Numbered from the stretch's first letter, positions 9,856-18,840 are shown. The stretch: DNA of 32,000 nt from Hyperthermus butylicus DSM 5456 (GCF_000015145.1 NC_008818.1:1470001-1502000), one strand, 5' to 3'. Made by a program: numbers and translations. The notes: a model not told the origin generated them from the letters alone.

Positions 9856-10332
9856 ATGCAGCGGCCAGTAGAGATTGGAACAAGATACCTTGTGCTCATG
9901 CTACTGGCTGAGGGGCCTAAGACCGGGTACGAGCTCATCAAGCAACTTAGGAGCCTATTCGCCAGATATGGTGGCAGAGCTAGCCCAGGCACCGTATACC
10001 CTGTTCTCCGTAGGCTGGAGGAGGAGGGGCTCATACGCTCAAGGCTTGAGCCCTACGGTGCCCGCGTGAGGAAGGTCTACGAGCTTACGGGGGAGGGTCT
10101 ACGAGCCCTCCTCGAGATGATGTCACGCTGGGTTTCGGTTCTGGAGACGGCGCTGCAGCTCCACATACCCGTGTTTCGGCGCGCTGGCAGGGAGGACGGG
10201 GATACGGTAAAGCTTGTGGAGGAGGTCCTGGAGAGGCTTGAGGCCGCCGCTGAGCAGCTAGAGAAGCTGCTAACAGAGGCTAGGCGGGTTCTCCGCCAGG
10301 CAAAGATGGAGGCTACAGCTATACAGTACTAG
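9856..10332 (+). CDS. PadR family transcriptional regulator
   Basis: LMLLAEGPKTGYELIKQLRSLFARYGGRASPGTVYPVLRRLEEEGLIRSRLEPYGARVRKVYELTGEGLRALLEM, typical PadR wHTH, followed by a coiled coil. Confidence 0.93.
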   Translation: MQRPVEIGTRYLVLMLLAEGPKTGYELIKQLRSLFARYGGRASPGTVYPVLRRLEEEGLIRSRLEPYGARVRKVYELTGEGLRALLEMMSRWVSVLETALQLHIPVFRRAGREDGDTVKLVEEVLERLEAAAEQLEKLLTEARRVLRQAKMEATAIQY

Positions 10333-10423
10333 GCCGTCTCAGTACATCTGGAATGCTACTTAGGGCTGTGAGGAGGGCGATTGGGGCCGACCCCCTCTTG
10401 CACTGCAGGGGTGTGGCGAGCCC

Positions 10424-11074
10424 GTGCTCCGTGCCGAGCCCCTCCTCAACGTTATTGGGGCCGGTGGCAGCATCGCGCTAATCCTCGGTGCCAGCTCCCT
10501 GGCAGAGCTTATCGGCGTGGAGCCTGGCTCCCTGGGGCTGTCAGAACTTCACCGGGCAGCTGAGAGGGCTAGGTATGTGAGGCTTCTCGCACAGCTCGCC
10601 GGCAATCAGGTAATATCGAGGATAATCTACTTCGGCGACGACGGAGTGCTTGCCAGGCTTCTCGGCGAAAAAGTGTTAGACGTTTATGGCAGCCGTGGAC
10701 GGATGAAGTGCAGCAGCTGCGGCTACCGCTGGTGGTACATAGTGGACGGCCCAGCCAGATGTCCCCAATGCGGCGGTGAGGGCATTGAGGACTATGTGCC
10801 GTCAGGTGCTGCTCCTAGGCAGAAGCTGCTAGCCGAAGCGGTCTACGAGGCAACAACCGCCGACGCTGTCCTCGTACACGGTATAGGGTCCGAGGCTATA
10901 CCACTACTCCTAGCTCTCATAGCCTCGAAACACACGAGGGTGTACCTCCTCGAGCCGGGCAATGAGATCCTCGAGTCACTAGGCCTCGAACGCATCGGGC
11001 TAACCCTTACCAACGCCCTGGAAGCCATGGCTGAGGCAGCTGCTAGGCCCAGAAAGGATATGGCAAAAAGCTAA
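10424..11074 (+). CDS. Divergent sirtuin (Sir2)-like protein, probably lacking canonical catalytic residues
   Basis: VISRIIYFGDDGVLARLLGEKVLDVYGSRGRMKCSSCGYRWW...ARCPQCGG...TTADAVLVHGIGSEAIPLLLALIASKHTRVYLLEPGN parallels sirtuin 'TQNVDGLHERAG..VIELHGS..RVRCTSCG....CPxCGG...ADLLLVIGTSLxVxP' by eye. Confidence 0.5.
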   Translation: MLRAEPLLNVIGAGGSIALILGASSLAELIGVEPGSLGLSELHRAAERARYVRLLAQLAGNQVISRIIYFGDDGVLARLLGEKVLDVYGSRGRMKCSSCGYRWWYIVDGPARCPQCGGEGIEDYVPSGAAPRQKLLAEAVYEATTADAVLVHGIGSEAIPLLLALIASKHTRVYLLEPGNEILESLGLERIGLTLTNALEAMAEAAARPRKDMAKS

Positions 11075-11156
11075 TCCAGCCAATACCCGGATGAGTCTAG
11101 GCACCGGCAGCTTTTGCCGCACTCCTGGGAATCTAGGGAGCTGTAGGCCTTTGGAG

Positions 11157-11432
11157 GTGGGTCTGGTGGTTGTTGATCTGGCTTTCGAGCTATCATACAT
11201 TCTAGGCGATCGTCTCGGAAGGAGTGTAGAGGTTAAGAGTTACAGCTTCGACCCAGAGAAGGGGCTGCTCTGCATCGAGACGGAAGTTGAGGGCGTGGGG
11301 CTCCGCCAGGCGTGCGTCGAGGTTAAGGCCTGCAAGGGGCTCAGCAATGAGGCTAAATGGGTGCGCTGCGTGTCTAAGACGCTGATGCAGAGCGAGAAGT
11401 ACCTGGACGAGCTTGCCAGGCAGCTAGCCTAG
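11157..11432 (+). CDS. Small hypothetical protein
   Basis: GTG start within ORF 11091..11432: VGLVVVDLAFELSYILGDRLGRSVEVKSYSFDPEKGLLCIETEVEGVGLRQACVEVKACKGLSNEAKWVRCVSKTLMQSEKYLDELARQLA. Confidence 0.6.
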   Translation: MGLVVVDLAFELSYILGDRLGRSVEVKSYSFDPEKGLLCIETEVEGVGLRQACVEVKACKGLSNEAKWVRCVSKTLMQSEKYLDELARQLA

Positions 11433-11549
11433 GACTACGTGGCGGGACAGCCTCTCTGGCCAGGAGCTGGCCACAGGAACGGAGCTGTACCTACTAGGAC
11501 TAGACACCCCAGACTATAGACCTGGAGAGCAGCCAACGTCTGGGGTGTA

Positions 11550-11690
11550 ATGGCCGAAGAGCATGTCCAGACGGGTAATGGGGGCTCAGAGGTAGAGGAA
11601 ATACGGGAGGCCGTGAAGGGGGCTGTGCAGATAATTAGGGAGATAAAGGAGGGCCTCCTAGCCTCCATGAGAGATTGCCAACCTGCTTGA
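11550..11690 (+). CDS. Very small ORF (46 aa)
   Basis: MAEEHVQTGNGGSEVEEIREAVKGAVQIIREIKEGLLASMRDCQPA; charged helical composition, colinear with neighbouring small genes. Below the track length cutoff. Confidence 0.35.
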   Translation: MAEEHVQTGNGGSEVEEIREAVKGAVQIIREIKEGLLASMRDCQPA

Positions 11691-11712
11691 CGGCTCTAAG
11701 CTTGGCGAGGAC

Positions 11713-12048
11713 GTGGGCAACTTATACAGGAAACTGATTGAGAGCGGGCTACCCGAGGACATGGCGAGGCAGATGACAGAGAAGTATTTCGAGACGAAAC
11801 TGAATGCAATACCAAACATATCAAGCATCATAAACGCCATAGCCAAGGATATCAGTGGGAAATCCGGGCCAAAGATCTTTATTGGGGGAGGCTCTTCCCC
11901 CGAGGCTGCTGCACGCCAGCTCGAAAAGCTTGCCGAGACGCTAGATGATGAGGAGAAGAAGGAGAAGCTGCTTAGTGCAGCTAGGATGCTGATGGCAATG
12001 AGTGCAACAGAAGAACAAGAAGAGAAGGAGAAGGAAGAAGAGGATTAA
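11713..12048 (+). CDS. Hypothetical protein with acidic/Lys-rich tail
   Basis: MGNLYRKLIESGLPEDMARQMTEKYFETKLNAIPNISSIINAIAKDISGKSGPKIFIGGG...EEQEEKEKEEED. Confidence 0.7.
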   Translation: MGNLYRKLIESGLPEDMARQMTEKYFETKLNAIPNISSIINAIAKDISGKSGPKIFIGGGSSPEAAARQLEKLAETLDDEEKKEKLLSAARMLMAMSATEEQEEKEKEEED

Positions 12049-12112
12049 CCCAGCTGTCTGCGCTAAGGGTTCCTGCTTGTAACGGCCTCTTTTTACACCA
12101 CTTTGACCTGTT

Positions 12113-12367
12113 TTGGCTCGTTGCTGCCTACGTGGGGTTCGGCGCTTGGCTGATGTTGAGGAGAGGCTGGAAAGGATTGAGCGGGAGCTGGAGAGGATTA
12201 GGAGGCAGCTGGAGAGGCTCGAGGCGTTACTCTCGTCGTTTAGTAGTGTTGCTGGGGAGGCTGTGAGGCTTGCCGCTGCCCTATCGCTCTCTGTGGAGGA
12301 GGCTGTACGGGCCACGGAGAGGCTTGTGGCCAAGCTTAGGAGGCTTGGGGGCGGCCCGATCCGATAA
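12113..12367 (+). CDS. Small coiled-coil protein
   Basis: DVEERLERIERELERIRRQLERLEALLSSFSSVAGEAVRLAAALSLSVEEAVRATERLVAKLRRLGG; heptad-like pattern. True start probably inside the ORF. Confidence 0.6.
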   Translation: MARCCLRGVRRLADVEERLERIERELERIRRQLERLEALLSSFSSVAGEAVRLAAALSLSVEEAVRATERLVAKLRRLGGGPIR

Positions 12368-12369
12368 CT

Positions 12370-12570
12370 ATGGCTGTGCTGGAGGCGCTAGCGGGCTGCG
12401 AGGCTCTCAGCGTCTCGGAGATAACGCGGCGTGTCAAGGCTCTTAGGGGCTCTGCAAGCCGCACAACCATACGGTCCAGGCTAGCTGCTCTTGTCGAGGC
12501 GGGTGTTGTGGAGAGGCTGGGGAATGGAGTCACGGCTAGGTATAGGTTGAGGAGCTGTGGCAAGGACTAG
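12370..12570 (+). CDS. Small winged-helix DNA-binding protein
   Basis: MAVLEALAGCEALSVSEITRRVKALRGSASRTTIRSRLAALVEAGVVERLGNGVTARYRLRSCGKD; MarR/ArsR-like wHTH; starts 2 nt after the upstream coiled-coil ORF. Confidence 0.7.
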   Translation: MAVLEALAGCEALSVSEITRRVKALRGSASRTTIRSRLAALVEAGVVERLGNGVTARYRLRSCGKD

Positions 12571-12574
12571 GTAT

Positions 12575-12730
12575 GTGCTAAAACTATTGGCTGTGCTTGC
12601 CTACCACCTGGCCCTCCTTGCAGCTGCTGTGCTGGCTGCTGTTTCACGCTTCTGCATTAAGGATGTCCGGCTGCGGGTCTGGCGGAGGCTTAGCATCTGG
12701 GGTTCAAGCGTAAACTACACCGCAATGTAG
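12575..12730 (+). CDS. Possible small membrane peptide (51 aa)
   Basis: GTG start: VLKLLAVLAYHLALLAAAVLAAVSRFCIKDVRLRVWRRLSIWGSSVNYTAM; one hydrophobic segment; 4-nt gap from the wHTH gene. Confidence 0.25.
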   Translation: MLKLLAVLAYHLALLAAAVLAAVSRFCIKDVRLRVWRRLSIWGSSVNYTAM

Positions 12731-12840
12731 TGCCGAAGGAACTTGCTGAGAGATTCGTTGGGGCTTACCAGCGCAGGCTGCGTGAAGTGGAGAGCCCTCT
12801 GAAGCTCGTGCGAGAGTTGTTACGGAGTATTAAGTGGTAA
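12730..12840 (+). CDS. Possible very small ORF (36 aa)
   Basis: TAGTG stop/start overlap with the previous small ORF; VPKELAERFVGAYQRRLREVESPLKLVRELLRSIKW; amphipathic/basic. Confidence 0.2.
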   Translation: MPKELAERFVGAYQRRLREVESPLKLVRELLRSIKW

Positions 12841-13332
12841 TGGCTTGGCCCGTGCTGGGTGCCCTGTCCTCCTCTTCCTCTTCCTGAGGAGCCACTCGCT
12901 ATACCTCTTGGCAGCCTCGGGGAGCCATGCTAGAAGGTCTGCACGCCCCCTCTCGTAGAGTAGTACTGCTGCTGCTAGGCGGTGGACGCATAGCGGCGCA
13001 CCGGCGAGCCTCGTTAGTGGACACTGGCACGTTGCATCCTCCCGTGTGATCTTTACGGTGTAGACTTGCTGGTCTTCCGGTAGCCTGCCCACGCTGATGT
13101 CTACGTGGCGTGGCTGCCGCCCCTCAACTATGTCTAGGAGGTCCCAGTGGGTGGCACTGTGCACCGGGTTCTGCTGGTGGAGCCTCTGGCTCGGCACCAG
13201 CACCACTGCCTCGTCCTCGGCGAGCCTCGCCATGGTTGCTTTCTGGGCTAGCCTTAGCGCCCGCCTCGCCAGATCCTCTGGCACGCCCTGGCTCCTCAGC
13301 CACTTGTACACCTCTACACCTCCTAACACCAT
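12820..13332 (-). CDS. SWIM zinc-finger domain protein
   Basis: CxC..CxH arrangement: VYTVKITREDATCQCPLTRLAGAPLCVHRLAAAVLLYERGRAD. The 330-aa track ORF has an implausible His/Pro-rich N-terminus; ATG at 13332 (MVLGGVEVYKWLRSQGVPEDLARRALRLAQ) is preferred. Confidence 0.8.
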   Translation of the reverse strand: MVLGGVEVYKWLRSQGVPEDLARRALRLAQKATMARLAEDEAVVLVPSQRLHQQNPVHSATHWDLLDIVEGRQPRHVDISVGRLPEDQQVYTVKITREDATCQCPLTRLAGAPLCVHRLAAAVLLYERGRADLLAWLPEAAKRYSEWLLRKRKRRTGHPARAKPLPLNTP

Positions 13333-13482
13333 TTCAGCACCCCCGTTAACTGGTATTACCAGTTCCACCCTTATAACCCATTGCTGGCCTTGACGGAGTT
13401 GCATATAGAGACTACATTCTATTCCGATGATACCCGGGTAGCACTGGTACCCCGCACGGACCACATGGGTGTCGCTGTATGA

Positions 13483-16400
13483 GTGATACCGCACACGAGT
13501 ATGCTGGGGCTCCACGCTATGCCCGTAGCTGCTAGATGCGGGCCGGCACCGAGGAGGCTGCCGAGCCTCACTGGGACCGACGCAGCCAGGCTCGACGAGT
13601 ACCTGCCACCACTGCCTAGCAGGGTTAGGGTGTACCAGCAGGTCCAAGAGGCTCTCAACGAGATGGAGCGTAGCAGCGACCCGGTAATAGTGATGCTTGT
13701 TGCTGAGTGGGGTGAGGGGAAGACAAGCATCTACAATGCCAGGATAAGGCCGTGGCTGGAGTCCAGGGGCTGGGCTAGCCTCGAGGCAAGAGCTGCAACT
13801 GTGATGGAGCATCTCCGCTCCCTGGATGGGAGGCCCGAGAAGAGCCCAGCCTACCGGCTCCTAGCCGCGATCCTCGCTGCCGGCCTCGAGCAGGCCGGGC
13901 TACTGGCGAAGTACGGTGTGCCAGGTGCCGCGGGCAGCCTCCGCAGCTACGTCGAGAACGTGCTCAGAGAGCTGACCAGTGGCGGGGGCAGGCTCGTAGT
14001 ATTCATAGACGAGCTTGAGGACCTCGTGGCGGGGGCTAGCGAGGAGCAGCTAGCCGATCTCGTAGCCGGGCTTGTGGGGATCCTCAATGGCGACGTTGAG
14101 ATAGTGTCTGCCCGCTGTAGCGGAGAGGGCTGCATGCCAGGCTCGCTCCACCTTATCGTCAGCCTTACGCCGCCAGCCTATAGCAGGCTCATGGGGCTGA
14201 GGGACTTCTCCACCATAGCGTCTAGGTTGAAGAGGAGGGTTCGCACCATCTGGATACAGCCCCTCCCACGCCGCGAGGCCTTCGCGTTCCTCGAGAGTCT
14301 CGCCCGCTACAGCCTAGGCGCAGGCCTAGACTCCATCCTGGAGTCCCCATCAATGGCTAACGCTGTTGTCTCAGGCACGCTCGGCAACATGGGTGCGCTC
14401 GTCTCAGCCTTCCGCTACCTTGTGTCCTGGGCTAGGGGCCGTGGCGGCTGCGGCGACCGGGTAGCAGTGCTAGGTGCCTCCGAGCTTGTCGAGGCCCTGC
14501 AGGGCCTCACACTGAGTGTCGGCGGCGCTGAGCTGCCAGCCCTCAACCCCGAGGCCTATACGAGGCTCATGGATGGCTGGGAGGCACGCTCAAAGCTAGC
14601 AGGCTTCGAGCCCGCAGCCGCACGCCGGGTCCTCGACGAACTCGTGGTTAGGGGCCTCGTGGAGGCCGAGGAGCTAGCCCAGGTGACCGGGCTCGAAGAC
14701 TCCGTAGGAGATGTCATTGCCGAGCTGAACATCTACGGGGAGTCCGGCTGGCCCCGCCGCGAGCTAGGCGTAACGAGGATGGTCCATAAGGTGCTGGCTG
14801 TAGCTGCTGTCGAGGACGCCTTCAAGCTGCTACGAGCGGTGGAGCCGGAGGCTGTGAAGAGGCTACCCCAGCTAGCCCCTAGGGACGACTTTAGGCCCCT
14901 TGAAGCTCTCCTAGACAGCCTCGTCTACATGGACTCTAATGGCAGGCTCGTAGTGGCAGTCCCCGAGTCTAGGGAGGAGAGCGTCGAGCTAGTCCAGGAC
15001 ACGGCGCCCCTGGAGCTGAGCCGGAGCGAGGCTGAGAGGCTAGCAGGGCTCCTATGGGACAATGTGTTCTCGAAGCTAGCCGCTACGGGTGGCGCACGGG
15101 CCTACCTGCTATCGCCCAGACTGCAGCGTGTACTCTACGTCAGCCCCGAGCTTCACTACCTAGACTTCATATCCGATCGCGTGGAGAGGCTACACCTCCT
15201 ACGCCGCGTATACAGCGAGGCAAACCGCTCACACCTCGTGGCTGGCCTCGCAGCAGTACTCGCTGGTACAGGGCTTCTGAATGAGCCCCTAACAGCTGCT
15301 GGCGAGGGGCTGGCGAGGGGTGAGGTAAGGCTCCACGGTGCACACGTAAGGATACTGGTCTACGCTGTGCCAGGCCAGGTTACCAGCAGCGAAGCCGAGA
15401 GACTGGAGAAGAGGCTTATGGGCATAGTTATGAGCGGGTGGAGGCCCCACGCAGTACTACTAGCATACCATGGCCCCGTGGAGCCCAGGGCTGAGGACCA
15501 GCTAGAAGCACTGGAGAGGAAGCTCTTCATAAAGATTGTGAGGCTCCCCATAGCCTCGATGGTGTCTAAGGTTCAGCTGCTAGTGCTCGGAGCCAAGCTA
15601 GCCGATGCTGCAGGAGGCCTCGACGGCGCCCTGCGCGAAGCCAGCACAGCTGCGAGAGACATGTCAAGGGCTAGGGAGCTAGGTTTCGACCCGCTGCGCC
15701 TGCAGAGCCTCCTGCGGGAGCTCGCTGGGGAGCTGCGGCCTGGCGAGAGGCTAGAGAAGGCGCTAGAGGAGGGTATAGCTGGCACCCCGCTGATAATCTT
15801 CGACCCCAAGCTTGGCTACGATGTCGAGAAGCCAACCGAGCTAAGCGGGGCGCTGCGCTACTTCCTAACAGTGCCCGCAACCAGGGCCGCCGCACAGGAG
15901 GCGCTGAGGACAGCCTACGAGTACGTTATGAGGTACCACATCCACCGCTGGGGCGGCGAGGCGGCAAGGGGCCTACTGAGCCCCGACATCGAGCGGGGCG
16001 AGGTTGGAACACTGGAGAAGTACATGCTACTACTAGCCGCCAACAAGATGGTGGAGAAGAACAATGGTACCGTACGCATCGACGTGCTGAGCCCCGCTGA
16101 GAAGGCAGTGCTAACAGCTCTGGAGCAGGCAGGGGCTCGCAGCGAGGAGGGCATCCCTGCTGGTGCTGCATGGAGCCTCCTCGTGGTGGCTGCGAGGAAC
16201 CCTGGCACCAAGAGGATGCTGCTACAGTCCCTGCTCTACCGCGGCCTCATAGAGGTAGTGGGTGGAGGCAAGAGGATAGACCCTGACCGGGCTAGGATCC
16301 GGCTAGTAGACTCCGACGAGGACATAGCCCGGCTAGTAGAGAGGGCTACGGCTCTACTCGATAGGCTAGCCTCGGACCCCGAGGCCCTGGCCTGGGGCTA

Positions 16401-17943
16401 CACAGTCTCGGCGAAGGCGAGGGGCTACCGTGCAGGCAGCCTGGAGGCATTCATCGAGAAGATGAGGGGGCTCCTCGACACGGCGAGCGAGGCGCTTAGG
16501 GCTGGAGAGAAGCTGATGGCGCTAAGGCTTCTACGGACGGTTATCGATGTAGCCGAGTACGTGGCAGAAGAGGTTGTCGGTAAGCACGTGAAGCCCGCTG
16601 CTGAAACCGCTAGGAGGCTACGTAACGAGCTGATAAGGGCCATAGAGGAGGCCCGGGAGCTGAGGGAGCGCAGCGAAAAGGCCCTCGCCAGACTGCTAGG
16701 TAGGAATGTTACACTTGAAATCGAGGAGCTCGCCAAGCTTGAAGAGGCACTAAAGATGTTCGAGGAGGTTGAAGGGCTCAGGCTTAGCGAGGAAGAGCTA
16801 GACACAAGGATTGCCGAGCTGTGGGAGGAGGCCAGGAGGCAGAGCCCACGAGACCCGGGTAGGAGGCTACCATTCTACGTGCAGGGCCTAGGGCCTGTAA
16901 TACACTTCAACTATAAGCTTTGGCTGCTCGCCGAGAAGCTCAGAGAGATAGGCATAGCAGAAATAGGTGATGACGGCGTTAGACTAGGCCCACTACCGTC
17001 CAGGGTCCTGCAGAGCCTCGAAGCACTCGTAGAGGAGGCTAGGAGGATTACCGAGGAGATGGCTGATGTTAGGAGGAGGGCTGAGAGACTGGCAGAGATG
17101 CTCAAGAGCCTGGGCGTCGAACCGCCAAGGCCCGAGGCCATAGTGTTGAGGGGGCTCGAGGCGCCCGAGAAGCTCACTGTAGATGATGCACTGCAACTGC
17201 TAAGAGCCGCGAGGGAGAGGGTAGAGGAGGCCAGGAGGCCCATAGTCGAGCTAGAGGAGAGGACTAGAAAGCTCCTCGAGCTAATGGAGCAGCTCGACAG
17301 CCTAACGAGAGAAGCAGGGACCTGGCTTGAAGGCCTACGTAAAGCCTCAGAAGACGCGAAATGGGCTGGCCACGGCCTGGCATCCAGGCTAGCAGAAACA
17401 GCTGAGGACCTAGAGCTCGCGCTAGGCCAGGCTGAGAGCCTGCGTGCAAAAGCACTGGAGGCTCTTTCCGTAAGCCCTAGCATAGGAGAAGCCGTTGAGG
17501 CGGCATTGAAGCTTGTGGAGAGCGCCGTGGTAATGCTGAGAGACAGTATCGACCGTGGCCGCCGCATCTACAGCGACGTTGAGAGGGAGGCTGAGAGGAT
17601 AAGACAGGCACTAGAAGCCGAGGCTGAGGCTCTCCGCGAAGCCCTAGCCAGGACCGGCGTCGCTGTACCAGAGAAGCCACGGGAGGCAGACACCTTCGAC
17701 GCGATAAGGAGGCTCTCAGCCTACATCGAGGAGCTGCAGAGCATCGCGCTAAACGCGGGAGCGCTCACAAGCCGGGAGCTAGACGCCTACAAGGCTATAG
17801 CACTTGAGAGGAGGAGGCGGGGCGAGCTACTACTAAGGGAGGCCGTGGAAATCGTAGCTGAAAGGCTATCACTCCCAAGAGAGGAGGCTAAGAAGATAAT
17901 CATAAGCCTCATCGAGAGAGAAATACTCGAACCCAAGCTCTAG
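13483..17943 (+). CDS. Giant P-loop ATPase (KAP/STAND/AAA-like N-terminal domain) with wHTH-like and long coiled-coil C-terminal regions
   Basis: Walker A-like VIVMLVAEWGEGKTS, Walker B RLVVFIDELEDLV, SLHLIVSLTPPAYSRLM, possible wHTH SPAEKAVLTALEQAGARSEEG..., long heptad-rich stretches (RNELIRAIEEARELRERSEKALARLL...; RRRAERLAEMLKSL...). True start may lie downstream of 13483. Confidence 0.85.
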   Translation: MIPHTSMLGLHAMPVAARCGPAPRRLPSLTGTDAARLDEYLPPLPSRVRVYQQVQEALNEMERSSDPVIVMLVAEWGEGKTSIYNARIRPWLESRGWASLEARAATVMEHLRSLDGRPEKSPAYRLLAAILAAGLEQAGLLAKYGVPGAAGSLRSYVENVLRELTSGGGRLVVFIDELEDLVAGASEEQLADLVAGLVGILNGDVEIVSARCSGEGCMPGSLHLIVSLTPPAYSRLMGLRDFSTIASRLKRRVRTIWIQPLPRREAFAFLESLARYSLGAGLDSILESPSMANAVVSGTLGNMGALVSAFRYLVSWARGRGGCGDRVAVLGASELVEALQGLTLSVGGAELPALNPEAYTRLMDGWEARSKLAGFEPAAARRVLDELVVRGLVEAEELAQVTGLEDSVGDVIAELNIYGESGWPRRELGVTRMVHKVLAVAAVEDAFKLLRAVEPEAVKRLPQLAPRDDFRPLEALLDSLVYMDSNGRLVVAVPESREESVELVQDTAPLELSRSEAERLAGLLWDNVFSKLAATGGARAYLLSPRLQRVLYVSPELHYLDFISDRVERLHLLRRVYSEANRSHLVAGLAAVLAGTGLLNEPLTAAGEGLARGEVRLHGAHVRILVYAVPGQVTSSEAERLEKRLMGIVMSGWRPHAVLLAYHGPVEPRAEDQLEALERKLFIKIVRLPIASMVSKVQLLVLGAKLADAAGGLDGALREASTAARDMSRARELGFDPLRLQSLLRELAGELRPGERLEKALEEGIAGTPLIIFDPKLGYDVEKPTELSGALRYFLTVPATRAAAQEALRTAYEYVMRYHIHRWGGEAARGLLSPDIERGEVGTLEKYMLLLAANKMVEKNNGTVRIDVLSPAEKAVLTALEQAGARSEEGIPAGAAWSLLVVAARNPGTKRMLLQSLLYRGLIEVVGGGKRIDPDRARIRLVDSDEDIARLVERATALLDRLASDPEALAWGYTVSAKARGYRAGSLEAFIEKMRGLLDTASEALRAGEKLMALRLLRTVIDVAEYVAEEVVGKHVKPAAETARRLRNELIRAIEEARELRERSEKALARLLGRNVTLEIEELAKLEEALKMFEEVEGLRLSEEELDTRIAELWEEARRQSPRDPGRRLPFYVQGLGPVIHFNYKLWLLAEKLREIGIAEIGDDGVRLGPLPSRVLQSLEALVEEARRITEEMADVRRRAERLAEMLKSLGVEPPRPEAIVLRGLEAPEKLTVDDALQLLRAARERVEEARRPIVELEERTRKLLELMEQLDSLTREAGTWLEGLRKASEDAKWAGHGLASRLAETAEDLELALGQAESLRAKALEALSVSPSIGEAVEAALKLVESAVVMLRDSIDRGRRIYSDVEREAERIRQALEAEAEALREALARTGVAVPEKPREADTFDAIRRLSAYIEELQSIALNAGALTSRELDAYKAIALERRRRGELLLREAVEIVAERLSLPREEAKKIIISLIEREILEPKL

Positions 17944-17988
17944 TCATCGTGCTATAGCTGGCAGCGTATATGCAGGAGCTGGGCAAGG

Positions 17989-18588
17989 CTAGGAGGAGAC
18001 ACCAGCAGCTCTACACGCCTCACCTGCTTCTTTAGCAGCTATGCCCGCTATCCTACTAGCCTCCTCCCGGCCTAGCAGATCAAGTCTGGCCTGCCACTGT
18101 GTAGCATCAACAAGCCCACCCGTGAGACAGTTAACCCAAGCCACTATGAGCCTTGTTTCCCTGTCTCTAAGCGCTACTTCAATCATGTAGGGGCTTGCAA
18201 GCCATTCTAGGAGGCCCATCCCAATCCTCTGGAGCCGCCCCTGGGATGCAAAGTGCAGCCTTTGAGCCCATACATCTGCCTCATACCTGGACATGATGCC
18301 AGCATGCATAGCTATAGCCTTTGGAACATTATCCAGATACGCCTTAGCTACTTTATCGTTCCCGAGTTCCGCCAAGATCACTGCCTCGTAGCCTGGATCT
18401 AGGCTCAGCGCTAGAGCGTTTGAGCCGTCAATAGGGTTCTCTAGTACGCGGACCGTGAAAACACCACTTCCAAGCCTCGTCGATACGTAGAGTTTGTTTT
18501 TGCCGAGGGGCCTGGAGTAGACTGGGAATCCCAGCCGGACCGCCTCAACCACTATCCTGTGAGCTAGCATGGATAGGCTCTCCTGCAT
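17989..18588 (-). CDS. Hypothetical protein
   Basis: 199-aa ORF with protein-like composition (MQESLSMLAHRIVVEAVRLGFPVYSRPLGKNKLYVSTRLGSGVFTVRVLENPIDGSNALALSLDPGYEAVILAELG...); stop of the acylphosphatase half lies 4 nt upstream. Confidence 0.7.
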   Translation of the reverse strand: MQESLSMLAHRIVVEAVRLGFPVYSRPLGKNKLYVSTRLGSGVFTVRVLENPIDGSNALALSLDPGYEAVILAELGNDKVAKAYLDNVPKAIAMHAGIMSRYEADVWAQRLHFASQGRLQRIGMGLLEWLASPYMIEVALRDRETRLIVAWVNCLTGGLVDATQWQARLDLLGREEASRIAGIAAKEAGEACRAAGVSS

Positions 18589-18592
18589 GGTT

Positions 18593-18835
18593 CTAGCCCT
18601 CGCGCTTGCCTAGCGGCTTGGGAGTATATGGTTCTAGGTCGTAGCGTATTATGAAGTCGTCCATGTCGCCTCGCGGCTCCTCCCATACAACCTCAACCCT
18701 GTCAACGCGAGCCAGCGGCGGGCCGTGATGGGCCCACACGATAACCTTTTCTACGGCTTCACGTGGACCCTCGACTACCGCTTCGACACTACCGTCAGGC
18801 ATGTTTCTAACCCACCCCACAACACTGTGCCGCCT
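18593..18835 (-). pseudogene. Acylphosphatase, C-terminal part of split gene
   Basis: RRHSVVGWVRNMPDGSVEAVVEGPREAVEKVIVWAHHGPPLARVDRVEVVWEEPRGDMDDFIIRYDL matches the acylphosphatase C-terminal region; the N-terminal GRVQGVxFR signature is absent here and found at 27807..27884. Confidence 0.88.
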
Positions 18836-18840
18836 AGCTA
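18832..18840 (+). repeat. Left copy of imperfect 9-bp direct repeat flanking the inserted segment (gcctagcta)
   Basis: Matches gccttgcta at 27806..27814 with one mismatch, exactly at the acylphosphatase break. Confidence 0.55.

Noticed and set aside
13947-17680. Many antisense or alternate-frame ORFs (e.g. 15054..15284, 15926..16171, 16911..17567)
   Set aside because: They lie opposite or in shifted frames of the single 4.46-kb ATPase ORF and have Ser/Pro/Arg/Ala-rich compositions typical of antisense frames in GC-rich coding DNA.
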